From the NCBI GenBank assembly GCA_963847445.1, contig CAWJZV010000030.1, positions 160,001-224,000 on the forward strand: a stretch of 64,000 bases of DNA. Reading direction: 5' to 3'. The translations under genes were made by a program, and so were the position numbers. The notes beneath the pieces were generated by a model, which was given only the letters and a program-made list of their open reading frames with translations, searched no databases and had not been told where the DNA came from. Origin of the DNA: an uncultured delta proteobacterium (GTDB lineage Bacteria > Desulfobacterota > Binatia > UBA9968). Each line of letters starts with the position of its first letter. Positions within the stretch are counted from its first letter, which is position 1. Below are positions 39,801 through 51,473 of this stretch, piece after piece.

Positions 39801-41258
39801 TTACTCCACCGTCCTATCCCGCCGATCCGCGCCGCGCAGCGCTGAAGTGACGATGGCGATCGCCGCCAACCCGGCGATGACCGTCCACGAACCCTGAAAC
39901 GCATTGACGAACAATCTCGGCATTGCCGCCCCACTGGGTATGCGGCGGCACCACGGCGCTCGCCATGCCGTAGATAGTTCAGCCAGCGCATGAACAGCAC
40001 GCTGCCGACGGCCACGCCCATCGCGTTGGCGATGTTGGCCGAGGTCAACGACAGGCCGCTCACCGAGCCGATGTGGCGCGGTTCGACGGCGTTGAACATG
40101 CCGCTCAGATTGGGCGACTGAAACAGCGACCAGCCCAAGCCCAACAACATCAGCGGCGCCATCACCGCGGTCTGGCTGCTACCCGATCCGAGGAGCGCGA
40201 AGCCGACCATGCTGGCAGCGGTCAGTGTCGAGCCGACGGTGCAAAGCATGCGCGATCCCAATCGATCCGCCAGCCAGCCGCCGATGGGGGCAAGACAAAC
40301 GATCACCAGGGAAAAGAAGATCACCGTCAATCCCACCTGGGTCGGCGTGTAGTGGAGAATCCCCTGCAAGTAAAACGGCAAGAGAAAAAACGTCGAGGTA
40401 TGCGACAGCGAGACGAAGAAATGGCTCAACATGCCCGGCGGTAAGCAAGCGGACTTTGAAAAGCGAGAGATCGAGCAACGGCGCCGGATTGCGCCGCTCG
40501 AAGTAGAGCAACAAACTCACCGAGATCAATGACACCACGACTGCCAGCGCCGGAAGAGACCGAAGCCGCTCTTGGCCACCTGCTGCAGGCCGACGATCAA
40601 AGCGACTACGGTCGTGAGCAACGTAATCATGCCAAGCGGATCGATAGAGTAATCGCGCTTCTCGGTGACGGTTTCCGGGAGAATTTTCCACGCCATCATT
40701 GCCGCCGCCAGCGCCACCGGCAGGTTCATGAAAAAGATCCAGCGCCAGCCGATGGTATCGACCAAGAACCCGCCCACCGACGGGCCGGTGATGTAGCCCA
40801 GATGAAACGACATCGACATCATGCCCAGGGCGCGGCCGCGCCCTTCTCTGGCGTAGAGCGCCGAGGCGATGGCCCGGCCGTTGGCCAGTACCAGCGCGCC
40901 GCCGATGCCTTCGATCGCGCGAAAGCAGACGATCAACCATAGATACGGACTCAGACCGCAAGCCGCCGAGCCGATGCCGAGCATGACGAAGCCGAGAGTA
41001 TAGAGCCCCTTGCGGCCGAGCTTGTCGCCCAGGCGCGCCATGCTCAAGACCAGACCGACGATGGTCAATTGATACGCCAGCGGAATCCACTGCACCGCCG
41101 CCATCGAAGTGTCGAAATGCAGCGAGATCGTCGGCAAGGCGACGTTGACCGAGCGCGAATCGAGCGCGCTCAAGAAACTGCCCGAGGCAAACATTCGCCA
41201 GAGCGAGCCGTTGGAGATTCGGAGTTAAAGTTGTTTGCGCCATGTCGTTGCTTGCCAT
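39801..41258 (-). CDS. MFS transporter, DHA2/EmrB-like (several frameshifts)
   Basis: VNVALPTI, RLGDKLGRK, GPSVGGFL..GWRWIFF.N.P, PLLDLSLF, GWLADRLG, QSPN. Confidence 0.87.
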
Positions 41259-41334
41259 CCCGAACGTCCAGGAACTCGTCTATCGAGTAGTGGTTCAGTT
41301 CACAGTGATCTCTGTTCGGATCAGCGAATCGAAT

Positions 41335-41402
41335 AGATTTCTCGCTTCGCTCGAAATGACAAATCTCGACTAGCCGTCATCCCGAACGGAGAGAGGGATC
41401 TC
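41335..41402. repeat. GTCAT-type REP-like palindromes
   Basis: agatttctcgcttcgctcgaaatgac...gtcatcccgaacggagagagggatct. Confidence 0.65.
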
Positions 41403-41495
41403 ATGAACAGAACCAGCTCCCGTCTACCGATTGACGCTAGCTAACTTACTTGGATAGCTTGACTCGCAAAGATAATCCAGGCTGAAAGATAAACC

Positions 41496-42306
41496 ATGAG
41501 AAAAATCGCCATCGCGCAATGCCAATCCAGCACCGACAAGGCCGCCAATCTGAAGAACGCGTTGCGACTCATCGACGAAGCCAAAAGCCAAGGCGCCGAA
41601 CTTGGTCGCCTTTCCGGAATTCCTCATGGCGTTTTCACCGGCGAGCCAGAGCGCGGCAGAGTTAACCGCGGTGGCCGAGTCCGTCGACGGCCCGTTTATC
41701 GCCGCGCTCCGTGATCGTGCCAAAGCGGCCAAGCTCGGCGTCCTGGCGGCGATCTATGAATCGAGTCCGATAGCCAATCGAGTGTACGACAGCGCGGTTT
41801 GGATCGACGCCGCGGGCGACATCGCGTCGGTCTACCGCAAGCTCCACCTCTACGACGCCTTCGGCTTCAAAGAGTCGGACAAGTTTCATCCCGGCAATGA
41901 CATCGCGCCGCTGGTCAGCTTCGGCGATGCACACTGCGGCACGATGATCTGCTACGACCTGCGCTTTCCCGAGCTGGCGCGAATGCTCACGCTGACGGGC
42001 GCCAATGTCTTATTCGCGCCATCCGGCTGGGTCCAAGGCGATCTCAAAGTCGAACACTGGCAGACGATGATTAAAGCGCGCGCCCTGGAGAACGGCTGCT
42101 TCGTCATCGCGCCCAATCAAGTCGGCAACATTTACACCGGCCACAGCATGGCGGTGGACCCGCTCGGACGCACGTTGGTCGATCTGCAAGAAAAAGAAGA
42201 ATTGGCGGTAATCGAAATTGACCTTGCCTTGGTCAATGAAGTGCGGAACAAACTACCGCTATTGCAAAACCGCCGCACCGACGTCTATGCAAAGCATGGC
42301 GGGTAA
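41496..42306 (+). CDS. Carbon-nitrogen hydrolase, Nit family (frameshift near 41601)
   Basis: FPE, YRKLHLYD, ICYDLRFPE, ARALENG, GHSMAVDPLG. Confidence 0.9.
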
Positions 42307-42319
42307 AACTCCAAGAGAT

Positions 42320-42720
42320 TTCACCACGAAGGCACGAAGGACACGAAGGTTTCGGAGGATAAACGTTCCGAACTTCGTGCTCTTCGTGTCCTCCTTCGAA
42401 AATGCATGCGAGGGATGATACGCATAACGAAGAGCCTGCGGGGCTCCGTCTTGCCGGCGCAGGCCGGCATCCAGACCCATCATCCTCCTGGATACCGTTT
42501 TTCAACGGTATGACGAACTCTGTCCGTCACCTGGATTCCGGCCCTTCGGCTTTGCTCAGGACAGGCGTGCGCGGGAATGACGAATCGAGGAGGGGAGCAT
42601 GTTCTGGGAATACAAACCATTTTCATGCTCTGTAGGCGAGCGCAAGCTCATGAAACACTTCGTGGTGAAAACATCTTTCCCACTTGGTTGCGGATGAGCC
42701 GCCATAGGCTCTCTGCGGTT
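42320..42720. repeat. Nested composite of palindromic repeats
   Basis: cacgaag-unit palindrome whose right arm is split by several GTC/GGAT palindromes and resumes at cttcgtggtgaaa near 42658. Confidence 0.75.
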
Positions 42721-42898
42721 AAGCCTTCCGTTCGATCGAGATGAAAGCGTTACCGGGGTATAAGTTCCCCTATTTAAGGCGCGCTACATTAACCGTCAGT
42801 GAAGATTTTCAAACCGGAGATTTATTGCCAGGAAGAGAGCGGCGATTGGACAATCCGAACGGCGGAGCCGCGCAGCGCCGACAAGCCACTTCGCCTGC

Positions 42899-44107
42899 TC
42901 ACGGTTGAACTGGATCAACTGGTATCCCGATAGCGACTCCGCGACTAGGAATTTTTACCGACAAGTAGTCGAGCTTCTTACCGTCGAGGGCAAACTCGAA
43001 GTGAAGATGGGGGCCGGTGGCATAACCGGTCTGGCCGACTGCACCAATGGCTTCGCCTACATTGACCCGCCGGCCCTCTTCTACTCCCTCGGCAATGCGC
43101 GACAAATGCGAATAACTGGAGGTGTAACCGCCGGCATGCTTGAGCTCTACCATGAGGCCATTACCGGGGCGCGAACCGGCAAACTCGACAGTGCCGGCGC
43201 CGATCGCCATCACCGGCGTTCCATGAGCGGCCTGATAATCGATCGCTTCATGGGGTCGCAGCGCACCCGTCGCCGGATCGGGGCGCGCCAAATCGAAGGT
43301 CGAAGAGATCCGCTCGAATTTTAACGGCGCCGCCAGAAACGGCCGCGGCAACAAGTGACCGTCGCTATCGTAGTAGTGCAACACACCATCGTCGCCGCGC
43401 AAACCGAACGCATCCATAAACCGTCCGCCATGCACCACGCGCACCGCGGCCATCGCCCCCAAGGCGACATGTCCATTCAGATACTGTTTTTGCGGCACAA
43501 CTAACAACACTTCATCACCGGCAGTTAACGCAGCCTGCAAATCGAGCTCGGCGCTAAAAACCCGCTGCAACCCGGCTATCTGCGCCGCCGAGACACCGGC
43601 CCGTGCCGCGCTTTGCGCGAAACTATCGGTGATCCGTACCCGAACGATATTCGATCCCGCGACATGGGCAAGCTCCTGCCGCTCCACCGACCAGCCAACC
43701 AGATTGAAACTGGCGCGCACAAGATGCTCTTGCATGACGAACTCTACCGCGCGAACATTTCTATCCTGTCGGTCGACGACCAAACTGATGGTCTGGTCCC
43801 GCGGCATGCGCCGTAAATCCACCGAGGAATATAGTTTCTGCGACAACTCCTGCGCCGAGCCAGGACCAAGACCGAAACGATTCAGTAATCCTTGGAGAGT
43901 TTCATTGCGGCCGAGTTTTACCGCGATCCGTTCCTCCGAACGGTGTTCAATACGTTGCCAAGCAGATGCTTTCTCATCACTACCCGACGGATTCAGTGCC
44001 GGCACAAAAGCGAAGACTAACGCCAGCACCACGGCACAAAATGCCGCGCCGATCGGCAGACCGGCGAATATTTCGGTTATAAAAGTGCGTAGCAGTTTGT
44101 GAAGCAT
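42899..44107 (-). CDS. M23-family peptidase (C-terminus probably frameshifted)
   Basis: ISSTF, HEAIDY, YSHLS, VGQTGYATGPHLHFE. Confidence 0.88.
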   Translation of the reverse strand: MLHKLLRTFITEIFAGLPIGAAFCAVVLALVFAFVPALNPSGSDEKASAWQRIEHRSEERIAVKLGRNETLQGLLNRFGLGPGSAQELSQKLYSSVDLRRMPRDQTISLVVDRQDRNVRAVEFVMQEHLVRASFNLVGWSVERQELAHVAGSNIVRVRITDSFAQSAARAGVSAAQIAGLQRVFSAELDLQAALTAGDEVLLVVPQKQYLNGHVALGAMAAVRVVHGGRFMDAFGLRGDDGVLHYYDSDGHLLPRPFLAAPLKFERISSTFDLARPDPATGALRPHEAIDYQAAHGTPVMAIGAGTVEFAGSRPGNGLMVELKHAGGYTSSYSHLSRIAEGVEEGRRVNVGEAIGAVGQTGYATGPHLHFEFALDGKKLDYLSVKIPSRGVAIGIPVDPVQP

Positions 44108-44290
44108 TAGGGAGTAGATCGAAAGAGTTTCGCAGTTTTGTATGCGAAACTCTCCAAGAGCGCAAGCGTTTTTTGTCTAAAATCGATCTACTCTTTAAAA
44201 CGAAAACAATTAAGAGTCCTAATTCCAGGCAGATACAATACCGCAAGTCGCGAAATAATTTTTCACCAAGGCGACTATTTTTCGAATCGG

Positions 44291-44803
44291 TCAGCTACAC
44301 AGCGCGAAAGCTGGATGATAAGCAGCCTGTGCCATGCGGATAATCGTTAGAAAAAGAACTGCGCTAAAAAATATTCCGGCGGAACATTTTCAAGCAATAA
44401 ATTTTCCCGAGCCACGAAACCCGAAACGCTCATAATATTCGGGCTCGCCGAGTAACACACAGCCTTGCGCATGCAGCGCGCATAGAGACTCCAACCCGGC
44501 AATTACCAAACGCGAGCCGATGCCGTTTCTCTGATAAGTCGGGAATACCGCCAGCGGCGCCAATCCGTACCAATCACAGAAACGCCCGGCGATCGTCACC
44601 GGCGAGAAAGCGACATGACCGACCACGCGACCTTCGACTTCGGCAACCAGCGAAACCGCCAGCGCACCGCTCTCACGCAATCGGTCGACCAGCAAGTGCT
44701 CCTTTTGATTGCTCTGGGCTACGCTAGCGAATGCCGCACTAACAACCTTACGGATCGCGGTAACGTCAGCATCTCGTTCGGCGCGAATCAGCAACTCAGC
44801 CAT
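44291..44803 (-). CDS. GNAT N-acetyltransferase, YhbS-like (C-terminal frameshifts)
   Basis: IRAE, VGHVAFSPV, LAPLAV.P.YQRNGIG, VLLGEPEYYERFGF; later frames give VPPEYFL and YHPAF. Confidence 0.82.
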
Positions 44804-44823
44804 TGTCTCGCTGGGTTGGGCAC

Positions 44824-45768
44824 TCAGGAGAGAACCGCTCGGCAAATCGCGTCGATATGCCGATGGTCGGTGCCGCAACAACCACCGAACACATTGAGTT
44901 GACTCAACCTGGCTTTACACTCGCGGTAGCGCTTGGCTAGATCGATAGGATCGCCGGCATCCAAAGATGTCGCTTCATCGAGTTCCTTGTGGCTCTTGGT
45001 CGACGCGTTGGCTCGGATTCCATGGATGCGCGACCGCCAGGCGCCGCCATTGTCGAGCACATCGGCAAAATGGCTCGGGTGCGCACAGTTAATCATGTAG
45101 TAAACCGGAGCATTGCCGGTGGCGCCATCGACTTGCGCGATCGCATCACCAAGCGCTTGGCCGTTGGGCAACTTGCCGTCGGTTTCCACGGTAAAGGAAA
45201 TCGCCACCGGCATGCCGGCCCCCTGCCCAGCGCGCACGATACCGATCGCCTCCTCCGGATAGGTCATGGTTATCGCCGTAACCATGTCCGCGTCGGCGTC
45301 GCGAAAGGCTTGTGCTTGCATGCGATGATAGTCCTGCGCCTCGGTTTCATTCATAAAGTTTGCTGGACTGTAACCGTCGCCCCGTGGGCCGATGCAGCCG
45401 CTGATCACCATCGGTGTGCGCTCGCTTTCAAAGTCATCGCGAATTTCATGCAGCAGCGCGATCGCCTGGCGATTCGCTGCGGCAAGAGCGTCAATCGAGT
45501 AACCCAGCTTCGCGCCCCAATCGGCGCTCGCCCGCCAGGTGGCGCTTTCGAGGATAAACCCAACGGCATATTTTTGCGCGATCTCGGCGTATGTCCGAAA
45601 ATACTTGCGAAGCGCTGCTTGGCCGGCGGCGTGTTTAAGCAGGTCGAAGGCAGCGAAGTAAGGCAGATCCAGGCCTTCGTGAAAAATCAACGTGGTCTCG
45701 ATACCACCGTCGGTAAGAAACAGCTCGTTGCTTAATTGCGGCAATGTTTCGCGATACTTGGCCATCAC
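44824..45768 (-). CDS. Homocysteine S-methyltransferase family protein
   Basis: TDGGIET, GPRGDGY, INCAHP, GGCCGT. Confidence 0.9.
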   Translation of the reverse strand: MMAKYRETLPQLSNELFLTDGGIETTLIFHEGLDLPYFAAFDLLKHAAGQAALRKYFRTYAEIAQKYAVGFILESATWRASADWGAKLGYSIDALAAANRQAIALLHEIRDDFESERTPMVISGCIGPRGDGYSPANFMNETEAQDYHRMQAQAFRDADADMVTAITMTYPEEAIGIVRAGQGAGMPVAISFTVETDGKLPNGQALGDAIAQVDGATGNAPVYYMINCAHPSHFADVLDNGGAWRSRIHGIRANASTKSHKELDEATSLDAGDPIDLAKRYRECKARLSQLNVFGGCCGTDHRHIDAICRAVLS

Positions 45769-45783
45769 TGTTCTCCCAGCATT

Positions 45784-46773
45784 TTATTTGAGCCGTTCGA
45801 AAAACTTCTCCTTTTCCAATTCCTGCAGCAAGCTCAAATCGATAAACTGTTCAGGTTTGGCATTAACCGCCTGCGGCATGCTCTTGTACTCGTCGAGCAC
45901 CGCGCGCACTTCGTCGAGGGTTGGATAGGGACGCGCTTGAAAGAATTTGACGGCGTATCGATAGCCGTCTTCGAGGACGTCGGTATCGTTGATGCGCATG
46001 TACTTTTTCAACACGTTGATAGCGAGGCCTTTTTGCGTGCGGATGGCGTGAATGCCTTCGATCTCGCCCCGAATGAAATTCAGCGCCGTGGCGCGTTGGC
46101 GTTGAATGAAGCTTTTAGTCGAGGCTATCGCCACCGCCGGATACTTGTAGTCGAGAGTTTCGAAATCCGACAGTTCTCTAAAGCCGGCCTTCTTCGCGAC
46201 CGTGAGCGCCGGCGGAGAAATCGACCCGCCGGAAATCGCGCCCGCCTTCATCGCCGTCACCAATTCGGGTATGCCGCCGATCTGCACGATGGTGACATCC
46301 TTGGCGGGATCGAGACCGAGCTTGCGCAGATAGCGCCGGATCACCAGATCGCTCAAGGCGCCGAAGCGGCTGACACCCACCCGCTTGCCGCGCAGATCGT
46401 CGGCTGTCTTTATATCCGGCGTCACCACCAAGCTCTGCGGGATGATCGGCACCAGGGTCAACACATTGACGGTGTCGGCCCCCTGCAACGCCGCCTGAAT
46501 GGTGCCGTTGCCGCCGAGCTGGATCATCGGCGCTTCGCCGGCGATCAACGCCGAGGTGATTGTCGACGCGCTGCGAATCAAAACCAAGTCGACATCCAGA
46601 CCATACTTTTTGTACAGGCCGCCGTCATGAGCGATCCAAGTCGCCAGCGACCAGGAGCTTTCAGCCGAATAAGCGGCGCGCAGTTTGGTCAACTGCGCCG
46701 AAACGCCAGACGCCACGGCGAGTGATAAGACAAGGAAAAGGCCCGTCAACCGACTTATGCCGCTGAATCTCAT
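45784..46773 (-). CDS. ABC substrate-binding protein, SsuA/NMT1 type
   Basis: Signal peptide, KKYGLDV, DLRGKRVGVSRFG, KPEQFID. Confidence 0.88.
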   Translation of the reverse strand: MRFSGISRLTGLFLVLSLAVASGVSAQLTKLRAAYSAESSWSLATWIAHDGGLYKKYGLDVDLVLIRSASTITSALIAGEAPMIQLGGNGTIQAALQGADTVNVLTLVPIIPQSLVVTPDIKTADDLRGKRVGVSRFGALSDLVIRRYLRKLGLDPAKDVTIVQIGGIPELVTAMKAGAISGGSISPPALTVAKKAGFRELSDFETLDYKYPAVAIASTKSFIQRQRATALNFIRGEIEGIHAIRTQKGLAINVLKKYMRINDTDVLEDGYRYAVKFFQARPYPTLDEVRAVLDEYKSMPQAVNAKPEQFIDLSLLQELEKEKFFERLK

Positions 46774-47042
46774 ATTCCCTCCTGGCCAATAGCCGTCAAG
46801 CACCTTGCATCGAACTGCAATGTTGCCACCCTGCAGATCAATTCACAACCCAACTCGTTAGCGCCCAGTCAACCAGCCCTGCAACTTTGTCCAGTTGTCA
46901 TTTGCGGAACACCTCGCCGAACACGATCTTGCTCTAACGCAACGCCTCTTCGACAAAACTGTTATTGAAAGTTAGCTTGGGATCGAGTTGTTTAGCTTTT
47001 GGGTGATCGAGAAACATGATCGCATCGGCCGGATCGCCTTCG

Positions 47043-48009
47043 TCAAGCTCGGTCCGTAAACTCGCTGGGACAATAGCGACGTTGCTGCCGAGAAGAATTC
47101 AAAGGTGCTCTGCAATGCTGCCTCGTCCTGAACTCGCGGTATAGCGGCGCAGAGCTATTCTTGCTCGATCGCGTTGACGTCGGTCTTGGACAATGTGGAG
47201 TAACGCGCCAGCCTTCGGCAAGTTCGATCGTCCCGGGTCGGCAGAAAACCATCACTGCGTTTGCGGTTCGCGTCTCCTTCAGGCCAGAATGATTCGCCCC
47301 GCGCCGAGCCGATGGTCGCAGTTCGGGTATCGTTCGACCATATTCGGTGTCGACGGCGGATCGAAGCAGTCAAGACTGAAGTGCGCAGGCCAGCCTGCTT
47401 GTTAAACCGCAACGGGTCGATGACCGATCATCGCCGCGGCCACCGCTCCCATTGAAGCCATCGATGAGCGGCTGCATGAGGATTCACCGACTCCGCCGCT
47501 GACGGCAAGATCTCGCTCGAGCGTAGGCGTTCATGCCGCGCGACGGCAGGGCCGCGGCATGGAAAGACCGGCGAAATAAGTCGACGCGCCAATGCGGCTG
47601 ACGGCAACTTTTTTCGCCTTTCAAATCCTCGATGGATTTGATGCCAGGCCTTGGCCATAGCCGTCGATCGTGAGCACCTGTCAAGTAGCTACCGATGACC
47701 GTGAGATCGCTACCAGCGAGCTGACTGGAGATAATCCCCGCGCCGCCGGTCAGACCAATGGGAAACTTCCCCCGCCATCATCGCCGCATTGATCAACGGC
47801 GAGCCGCCGAAGAATACCGGCACGACCTCCAGGCCATGTTTTTGAAACAGGCGCTCTTCAGACGGCGATGAAAAACGGCAGTGTCGCGGCCGAGATCGGC
47901 GGAGAGTAGCCAACGGTGAGCTTGATCGGATCGGCTTGACCCCGCGTACGCGGTCGCGGAGAAAGCCAGCAGCGCCACGAGGCAAGCTAATCTCATGAGC
48001 CGGCGCATA
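47043..48009 (-). pseudogene. Heavily degraded SsuA/NMT1-type binding-protein gene
   Basis: Fragments in shifting frames: signal peptide MRRLMRLACL, KHGLEVVPVFFGGSPLINAAMMAGE, ARPGIKSIEDLKG. Confidence 0.6.
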
Positions 48010-48013
48010 ACCA

Positions 48014-49109
48014 TCAATTCACACCGTAGAGTCGCCGCGGATTGTCGCATAGATATTTTTTCATCATAGCCGGCGCGACATCCTCCCGCGCGCGCATGTT
48101 CTTGACGAAATCCGGCTCCTTGGACGGATCGTTGTGGCCGTAGTCGGAGCCGATGACGATATGATCTTCGCCGATGTAGTTGAGCAGATGCGGCAGTTCC
48201 TCGTCGGCTTCGCAGGCGATCCAGAAGCGGTACTCGCGGAACAGATCCTGGGGATTCTTGGTCTTGAAATCCGGCCGCGCCGACCGGCGCAGCACATGCC
48301 AGATATAGGGCACCCAGCTCGCCGCCGCTTCGATGAAACCGAAGCGCAGCTTGGGAAACAGTTCGGGAATCCGGTTGGCCACCAGATCGCGGAACGCGAC
48401 CACCGGCAGGACTCGATTGTGGGCGAAGGTGTGATTGCGCTCGACATCGAAGGGCTGCATCAAGTGCCGGCTGCCCGAGCCGGTATGAATGCAAATGGTC
48501 AGATCGAGTTGCTGCGCCAACGCATAGATTGGATGAAGCTGTGGATTATCGAGGGTCAGATTGCCTTCCATGCCGCGAAAAAACACGCCCACCGCGCCCT
48601 GCTGCTTGGCCCACTTCATCTCTTCCAGCGACGCAGCGATATCGCGTAGCGGCAAGATCACCACCCACTTGAGCCGATCCGGCGCTTTCGCGCAGGCGTT
48701 GGCGATAAAGCGGTTGTAGGCACGGCACAGCGCCACATCCAGCTGCGGCATCGTCGGTGAGATAGACCAGAAACAAGGTCGGATAAATCACCTGGACCTC
48801 GACGCCGATCTTATCCATGTCTTTCAACCGCGCCAAAGGATCGGTCAACTCGCGCACGGCCAGATGGATATCGCCGCGGCCGGACTCTTTCTTCTGCGCC
48901 GACGGCGTTATCAAACTGAAGCTCGCCTTGCCGGCGGGCTTGGGAAAAATTTCGCCGTCGATCAGCCAGAAGGCATTGCGCTCATGGTACCAAGTATCGT
49001 CCGGGATGCGCGCCAACACCGGCCGGCGCGGATACATTTCTTTGTCGATAAAACTCCACATCGCCTCGGACTCGGCGATATGGGTGTCGGCGTCGAAAAC
49101 TCCGGGCAT
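48014..49109 (-). CDS. Amidohydrolase_2 family protein (frameshift near 48750)
   Basis: DADTHI, QVIYPT, AYNRF, CIHTG, GFIEA, GSDYGHND. Confidence 0.87.
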
Positions 49110-49126
49110 CTTTAACTCTCCTCAAA

Positions 49127-49280
49127 CATTCAGTTCCAACAGTTTCAATTGTTCCAGTGGTTCCAGTCGTTCAGAAGACGGACACGAATCAGCTCTTAAA
49201 CTTTGCGACCTTTGCGTTCTCTGCGGCCAATCCTTCCGATTCCGACTTCTTCTCTCTGCGAACTCCGCGTCTCAGCGGTG
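49127..49280. repeat. Tandem 9-bp-unit repeats (family A half element plus CTCTGCG units)
   Basis: gttccaaca..gttccagtg-gttccagtc; ctttgcgac-ctttgcgtt-ctctgcgg; ctctgcgaa-ctccgcgt-ctcagcgg. Confidence 0.65.
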
Positions 49281-49289
49281 TATCCGTTC

Positions 49290-50286
49290 CTACTTCTTAA
49301 ACTTGTCGATAAATCCACTCTTGCGGATTTCATCGAGCACGCTGCTGTCCAGCAAACGCAGGCTTTCAGGCGTCTGCCCTTTGGCTTTCGGATTTTCTTT
49401 CGCCACCTGGCCGAGGATGAACTCGATACCTTTGCGGTCTGGCATGACCATCACGCCGTCGCCGTACTTGGCGAGATAGTAATCGTAGCCGATGGCGGCG
49501 TCTTCGTCGCTGACGCGGATGTATTTCTTGATCATTTGTATCGCCAGCGGTTTGTCGTTCTTCAACGTGATAATACCCTTCGATCACGCCCTTCATGAAG
49601 TTGACCACCTTGGCGCGGTTAGCTTCCAAGTAGCTGCGCCGCACCAGAAAGGCATTTTGCGGGAACGGCACGCCGCTTTCGGCGAGATCGATCAGTGAGT
49701 TCATCTTATGGTCGCGCAGCGCCATGGTCGTCAGTGGTTCGGACAATAGCGTCGCGTGAATGCTACCGCCGACGATAGCCGAGAAGCGCGTCGAATTGCC
49801 GCCCGCTTGGATGATCGTGACATCCTTGGGGTTGACGTTGAGTTTTTCCAACGCCAACTGGGTGGCGTAATCGGACGCCGAGCCGAATCGGCTGATGGCG
49901 ATGCGTTTGCCCTTCAAGTCCTCAGGCCGTTTGATGTCCGGCCGGGTCACCAACTTGTTGGGGATAAAATTGATCCCGCCGGCGATGATCGTCGAGTCGC
50001 CGCCCTGCAAATTGGCGGTCACCGCCAAGGCGCCGGTGGTAAACGCCGCCTGAGTTTCATTGGCCAACAACGTCTGCATCGACACCGTGCCGTTCTCGAT
50101 GGCGAGATATTCCATGTCGAGGCCGTATTTTTGGAATATCTTTTTCTCGTAGCCGACCCACAACACCGCATGGATCGCCGTGCCAAAACCACCGCTGACG
50201 GCGCGGAAGCGATTCTGCGCCGCTGCTGGCGCAACAGATAAACTGAAAAACAGCAGGAGCAATGGTATCCAAATGATTCTTTTCAC
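49290..50286 (-). CDS. ABC substrate-binding protein, SsuA/NMT1 type (frameshift near 49572)
   Basis: KYGLDME, DLKGKRIAISRFGS; C-terminal SGFIDK. Confidence 0.86.
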
Positions 50287-50350
50287 GATCGTCTCCCCAT
50301 GAAATTGCCGGCGAATCCCTCTTTCGGGATATCTACGATGCTTTTACGCT

Positions 50351-51445
50351 GTGATCAGGCTGCGAGCAAGACGTATAAAGGCCTTGATCGATGGTCAGAT
50401 TGCGATATTCTCCAGGGCGATGAAGTCTGATCGAGCTTGCCGCAGAAACTTAACACATTGTCGCTGGCTTTTTTGTCTCATGATTGGGTCGGCCGCGATG
50501 TTCCACAGCCCCGGCTCGAGCCACGCGCAAGAGCCGGAGAAACTCGTCATCGGTCACTCCAACCTACGCAACGACATCGCCGCACTCTGGGTGCCGAAAG
50601 AACTCGGCCTGTTCCGTAAGCATGGGGTCGAGGCCACGGTGGTGCTGATCACCGGCGGCGCGCGCATGACCCAAGCCATGTTGTCCGGCTCCTCCCCAAT
50701 GGCGTTTACCGGTGCAACCCCGGTGGTAAGCGCTGTCGGCGGCGGCGCCGATAGTGTGCTGATTCTCGGCATCAACAATAAACTCACTTACGACATCTGG
50801 GCCAAGGCCGAGATCAAAAAGCCCGAGGAACTCAAAGGTAAGACCATCGGCATCAGCGGCTTCGGCAGCTCCTCCCATGTCGCGTCCTTTTTGATGCTGC
50901 AACATTTCAACTTGGACGAGAAACGCGACCGAATAACCTTTGTCTCTATCGGCGACGAACCCACGCGCGCCCAAGCGGTCTTAGCCGGGCGCATCGACGC
51001 CACCTTGATGGACGCATCGATTTCCGGTCAGATCAAAGGCCGGGGACCGACTTATCTCGGCAATCTTGAGCAACTTGGCGTACCATTCGTCAACAACGCA
51101 CTGGTCACCACTCGCTCATTCCTCAAGGATCGAGCGAAGACTTCCGAGGCGGTGGTCAAGGCGATAGTCGAAGGTAATGCTTTCATCCTCAATCCCGCGA
51201 ATCGCTCGACGGTCACAAATATCGTTGCCAGATACCTGCGGCTTTCCGCCGAAGATGCCAAGCACGCCTACGACGACTTGATCCCCAAAGTTGAGCGTCG
51301 CCCTTATCCCAACCTCGACGCGGTCAAGGCCGCCATCCAGATCATGGGCGCGCGAAATCCTAAAATCGCTCAGCTGAAAACCGAAGATATCGTCGACACG
51401 AGTATTCTCCGGCGTCTCGAACAGAGCGGTTTTATTCGCCAGTAA
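50351..51445 (+). CDS. ABC substrate-binding protein, SsuA/NMT1 type (true start probably downstream)
   Basis: GLFRKHGVE, ELKGKTIGISGFGS, RPYP, SGFI. Confidence 0.86.
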   Translation: MIRLRARRIKALIDGQIAIFSRAMKSDRACRRNLTHCRWLFCLMIGSAAMFHSPGSSHAQEPEKLVIGHSNLRNDIAALWVPKELGLFRKHGVEATVVLITGGARMTQAMLSGSSPMAFTGATPVVSAVGGGADSVLILGINNKLTYDIWAKAEIKKPEELKGKTIGISGFGSSSHVASFLMLQHFNLDEKRDRITFVSIGDEPTRAQAVLAGRIDATLMDASISGQIKGRGPTYLGNLEQLGVPFVNNALVTTRSFLKDRAKTSEAVVKAIVEGNAFILNPANRSTVTNIVARYLRLSAEDAKHAYDDLIPKVERRPYPNLDAVKAAIQIMGARNPKIAQLKTEDIVDTSILRRLEQSGFIRQ

Positions 51446-51473
51446 CAACTGCTGCATCGACGAAAGGATAATC

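Noticed and set aside
39512-39845. Small ORFs upstream of the attI-like site as an intI remnant or Pc promoter
   Set aside because: No recombinase motifs seen; TTGACA is present on the minus strand but without a properly spaced -10.
42233-42635. Short ORFs over the repeat composite (also 29016..29201, 33865..34092)
   Set aside because: Translations of palindromic repeats, without RBS or family motifs.
44124-44153. 11-bp inverted repeat upstream of the M23 peptidase
   Set aside because: Real hairpin but single copy, no U-tract and no assignable function.
46800-47040. Riboswitch upstream of the binding protein / homocysteine methyltransferase genes
   Set aside because: No SAM, cobalamin or other aptamer consensus recognisable by eye; needs an Rfam scan.
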